Positions 55,880 to 64,000 of a stretch of 64,000 nt of DNA are shown one piece after another; position 1 is the first letter of the stretch; the number at the start of each line of letters is the position of its first letter. The notes under the pieces were generated by a model. It had not been told where the DNA came from and searched no databases. It saw only the letters and a program-made list of their open reading frames with translations. Where the stretch lies: the NCBI RefSeq assembly GCF_009914755.1, contig NC_060947.1. The stretch is one strand, 5' to 3'. Made by a program: the position numbers and the translations under genes. The stretch is from the human T2T-CHM13v2.0 reference genome, Homo sapiens.

Positions 55880-56945
55880 ATGGGAAATCAAGCTTCAAAC
55901 TCTGAACACTCTTTTAAGCAACAACTGCCATTAGAAACACATTTTCCATTTCAGCTCTAACTGCTCCTTCTTCTCCTACCCCTGCATCTTCATATTCTCC
56001 TTCATCTGAACTTTCCTGTCTTGCTTTACTTCTTCTAGCATCAGTACCTGAGGGAACTTTCCATGTCTCCGATCCCCTCCCTTAAACTTCCATTCTGGCA
56101 GCCTTTTTCAAGGTGTGATTGTACAGCACCTCTTCCTGTACGGAAGAGGTGGGTCTAATACCCCTTGGGCAAAAATTGAATTTAAGAGTGTTATCAAAGG
56201 CTTCCCTGACCTGTTCCAAGATTCTATATGGTTTGCAAAAGAATTTGATCTGACTCTTTGAACTTATGAGCCTGGATATTCTGACCTATATCAATTAATT
56301 CACATGTTGGTGTCAGAAGGCAAGGCCATTGGGTGGTTAAAAAAGGCAAACTGAAATAATCCTTTAGAGGATTTTCAAAATCAGACTGAAGCAGACCATG
56401 AAGGGGTCTGCATTTTGTCCAAGTCTCTCCATGATGCCATTCCCCAGGTCTTTCCTTTAAAAAAATGTATATTGGAAGCGAGTTGAGCAATGTACTCAAA
56501 AGGCCAGATGAATCTGTAGTTATTTGGAATGGCAATGAGATAAGCTTTCAACAATATTCCAAAGTGGTTGACACTAGCCTCCAAGATTACCAGAACAATT
56601 TTCTCATAAACTCTACTTTCTTCAATTGCTTAAATGAGGACTTGGTTACCTTAGTTAAAAGACACCAGTTTCTTAACTGGGTGAATATACAAACCCATGA
56701 ATTAGTAAGCTTTCAGAGCAAAATGATTCAGAAAAAAGATAGAATTAATGCCTCAAAGATTATTAATTTGCACCTCAACAACTGGCTAGTTAAACCAGGC
56801 CTTTTAAGAAAAGACAAATGCCTCTTTCTAATGATAAAAGAGGTGTCTGCTTCTATTTCAAAAAGTCTGGCCATTTCGGAAAGGATTGTAGAAAACTTAA
56901 ATAATAGCAGGAACAACAAAAGCACAGGATGCCATAAGATGAATA
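55880..56945 (+). pseudogene. gag: ERV gag remnant
   Basis: ATG at 55880 gives MGNQAS (myristoylation-type MGxxxS). ORF 56465..56983 contains an MHR-like QKRPDESV region. A degenerate zinc knuckle CFYFKKSGHFGKDC lies at about 56849-56890. Confidence 0.8.
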
Positions 56946-56979
56946 GGGTTGCTCTGAGGATCAAAATGGGATTTTCCCA

Positions 56980-60790
<3,811 letters not shown>

Positions 60791-60976
60791 CTGACATTTG
60801 CTGTAGTCTGCTTCTGCTTAAGATACTGGTTCAGGCCTGTATAACCAGTTCCTCATGATTCCAATGATTACTGTGCCTGAAATTTTCATCTCCTTTTTCT
60901 GTTGACCGGAATATTATGTTTTTAGGCTGCCTTCATATTGTAGGAATCCTCTCTTGGTGGTTTTGGTAAAATAATC

Positions 60977-61013
<37 letters not shown>

Positions 61014-61090
61014 CACATACACACACATATATACACACACACATATATACACATTTATATACACACACACACACACACACACATATATAT
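60977..61090 (+). repeat. Compound (TA)n/(CA)n microsatellite
   Basis: Seen directly. Confidence 0.97.
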
Positions 61091-61646
61091 TAAGATATAG
61101 CATACTAGTCTTATTGTTAATATATGTACTTTAGCAACATGCCCATGATCAAGCTTCAGTTTTTACTGTCCCTAATTAATTGAATTACAGCATGGAGAAA
61201 TAGTTCTCTGGTTCATATCTCATAAACTGCTATTACATTTGGAAATCTAACAAGATGCTGGGTTTGCCACCCTAAACCACCAACAACTTTCGACGACAGT
61301 GACCCATTGCTACATTCTGTCCTAAATGCCACCAGTATTTCTAATTGTACTCATAACCCAATTCAGGGGTCACATAAAACAAAACCAAATAGGTCTGTCT
61401 GATTCATTCTAACCTGCCATGTTTCAATTTAACCCATCAGAATCTCACAGTCAAAACAACTGCTGCCTCACTCTGAAATGACAGTGGTAAAAACCATGAT
61501 GCTGCTAGAATGTTAAAAGAAAAACAATCGCTCCTGCTATCAGGATCCAGTCTTTTCTCTTGATCTAACATTTCTGACCCATGGTTTAAAAATGTCCCAA
61601 AACTGATATATTGAAATTATAGTACACTCACCTCTACTCCACTAGG

Positions 61647-61735
61647 ATTTACTTTTGTCTGTGAAGGAGATCACAGACATTTACTTTTGTCTGTGAAGGA
61701 AATCACAGACATTTACTTTTGTCTGTGAAGGAGAT
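61647..61735 (+). repeat. 32-bp tandem repeat x2.8, each unit containing a hairpin
   Basis: ATTTACTTTTGTCTGTGAAGGA(G/A)ATCACAGAC repeated. GTCTGTGA and TCACAGAC are reverse complements. Confidence 0.95.
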
Positions 61736-61809
61736 TTTATATCCATGGATATAAAAATATCTAAGGGCATAGAATGAGGAATAGTAGTGTCTTTTAAAAT
61801 ACTTGGTTT

Positions 61810-61893
61810 TATATATATATATGTATGTATATATATATATATGTGTATATATATATGTATGTATATATATATGTGTATATATATATGTATGTG

Positions 61894-61948
<55 letters not shown>
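61810..61948 (+). repeat. Compound (TA)n/(TG)n microsatellite
   Basis: Seen directly; it is the source of the low-complexity YI/CV ORFs. Confidence 0.97.
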
Positions 61949-61951
<3 letters not shown>

Positions 61952-64000
61952 TCAGAAGAAATCCAATATTGGACTAGTTCCTTCAAACTTTTCTCTGAGC
62001 ATGACTAATGATCTATTTGAGATAAAGATTCTATTTGAGGGGAACCTGTTAATTATCTGACGGACCATCAAGAAGATAGTTCCATGCATGCTTTTGGAAG
62101 AGTGTTTTTGCCTTGGCGGGTTGTTGCTTCCCATTAACACATGATTAGAAGTCTTTCTATAACCTTAGGAAAGATTGCTAATGAAACTGCTACTTCTTCA
62201 GCAAATCAAAAAAACCTACTAATTCACTAGCTAAGGCTGTACTAGAAAATCACATTGCTTTATATATTAGCTGAACAGGGATGTATATGTGTGGTGGCAA
62301 ATATTCTTTGTTGTGTATACATAAACACTTCCTATGAAGTAGAAACTCATCTATGGAAAATTAGAAAAGAAGCCACTTAACTATAGCAAATCTCTAAAGA
62401 AGAACCAGCATTTAATTTTCTTCCTGATGTTTTAGTTTGCTCCATGAGGAAATAGTTTCCCTTTTTCTATTTGGCATATAAATTTTCTTGCTGATTATAA
62501 TTCTTATGTACATTACATTTTTATTATCCAAATTATTAATGTTATGTATTTGTCATTTCTTTTCATTTTCTGAGAAAACTACATTCATGGTTCTCCAAAG
62601 AATAGAGATTATTCAGCAAGTGACACCAGCTGTATAGATCAGTGACTTGACAGGTCTCATTTTTTGCCACTCTGTGATACCATCCCAATTTGGCTTTTGG
62701 GTGCTTTTCAAAATTCCTTGCTGAGATGTCTCCTTTCCTTCCCTCTACCTAGCATGGAATGAGATTACCAGGGAATGTGCTTTCCCAATGATGAGGGACA
62801 TCTTCACGCTGGGACTTTGAAAGAACTATCCAGGAATGAGCTTTTCCAGCAATGAGGGACATCTTGACACACAGATTTTGATCATCAATGTTTTCAAGAA
62901 GAAACACTTTTTATCAAAAAAGAGAAATGAGTAAAGAAAAGAACTTCTATCTGAGGAATGTGAGCCCTTTCAAATTATCAGGCCCAGAAAGGCATTCAAA
63001 TGAAATAACAATCACATCCTACTTCCCCCCATTTGGAGCTATGTATTTATCTATAAAAACTGCAAACTCTTGCCACAGGTAGCTACAAATTAATCTAATA
63101 ATGCTACACTGGACACAATATCCAACACCCTATACCATAAAAATATATAGCCAATCAATAATCAACGTAATTTCTGTAAACCAGTGAAAATTCCTGACGA
63201 ACAACTTTGTGATAGCCCACTGCCTGCCATTTTTTGCCTTCAAAAACCTGCTTGTAACACAGGCCAAATGGAGCTCATATCCAAGGTTACTTGGGTCTGA
63301 GTCTTCCAGGCAGCTTTCCTTACTTTGGCTCAGGTTAACTCTTTCAATCATATTTTGTGCTTTAGCCTCTTCTTTTGGGATTGACACCAGGCAGATGTAT
63401 CTGAGACACAGAAACAACGTCTCATAGAATCTCATATCTCTGAAGGTTTGTTACATTTTTTACTTATTTCAGTAAAATTTTCAGAAAGTTTTTGGAGGAA
63501 ATAATTGAGGAGTTTCACTGGAAAACAATGCTTTCCCCAGAGAGCATAAAATAACATCCAGCAACATCTGGCAGTTTTGGCTATATCTCAATGAGCTTTG
63601 CTTTGGCATGGCCTCAAGGAAAAACAAATAAAAAGCATTGCTGAGACAACTGCTTAAGGTCGGAGCATTCCAAATGGCAGAGGAAGCCATGATCTGGCCG
63701 CTGTGGAATGAAGTATGATGGGAAGAGAGTGATGTGTGTGAGCTCAAGGTGAACTGTCAGTATAATGGCATAGATACACTATCAAAGTGTGCCAAAGATC
63801 CATTCCAATAAAAACATTCACTATTGCCTCAATACACCTCAATGCAAACATCCATGCCTCTTTGTATCAGTAGCAGAGGCAGAATTTCCTTTCTATTTTT
63901 CCCACTTTTGTTTAAGACACAGTAATTCCATGTCTTTAGGCCTGAATTTGATTCCTTCCTCTTCTTCAACTCTCATATCCAATAAAGTATATTGGAAATC

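Larger units (their letters stand above)
61140..62650 (+). pseudogene. env: ERV env remnant
   Basis: SU CWVC motif (TGCTGGGTTTGC at about 61256). TM immunosuppressive-domain-like SLAKAVLENHIAL (about 62224) followed by CX6CC CVVANILCCVYINTS, then a hydrophobic TM stretch at about 62480-62550. Confidence 0.82.

Noticed and set aside
61647-61735. CRISPR-like 32-bp palindromic repeats
   Set aside because: The units are directly adjacent with no unique spacers, the context is eukaryotic ERV env, and there are no cas genes.
61681-62060. YI/HI/CV-rich ORFs
   Set aside because: Translations of (TA)n/(TG)n microsatellites.
63481-63860. Olfactory-receptor pseudogene
   Set aside because: Only vague resemblance; no convincing MAYDRYVAIC, KAFSTCxSH or PMLNPFIY motifs in any frame.

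Overview
Primate (very probably human or great ape) genomic DNA that is almost entirely interspersed repeats, with no intact host protein-coding gene. It contains two full-length, TSD-flanked L1PA elements (27279-33773, 41359-47514), each nested in an older L1. It also has two partial L1PAs, several old L1 fragments, about 10 Alus, a Tigger1 fragment, MaLR LTRs and a solo ERV1 LTR. There are three class I ERV proviral remnants, including a near-complete LTR-gag-pro-pol-env-LTR provirus at about 54500-63386 with a tRNA-Ser(CGA)-type PBS. The main unexplained signal is a ~1 kb non-repeat island at about 36000-36950. On the minus strand it reads as a heavily decayed, apparently intron-poor trypsin-family serine-protease domain with thrombin/PAMR1-like motifs in the expected order, split by an AluSp, and is a candidate unitary pseudogene. 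Other points of note are an open antisense ORF0 in the 41.4-47.5 kb L1, head-to-head L1 promoters at about 1750, a non-canonical L1 junction at 11.7-14.4 kb and a hairpin-containing tandem repeat in env. Repeat subfamily names come from recalled consensus features, not from a database search.
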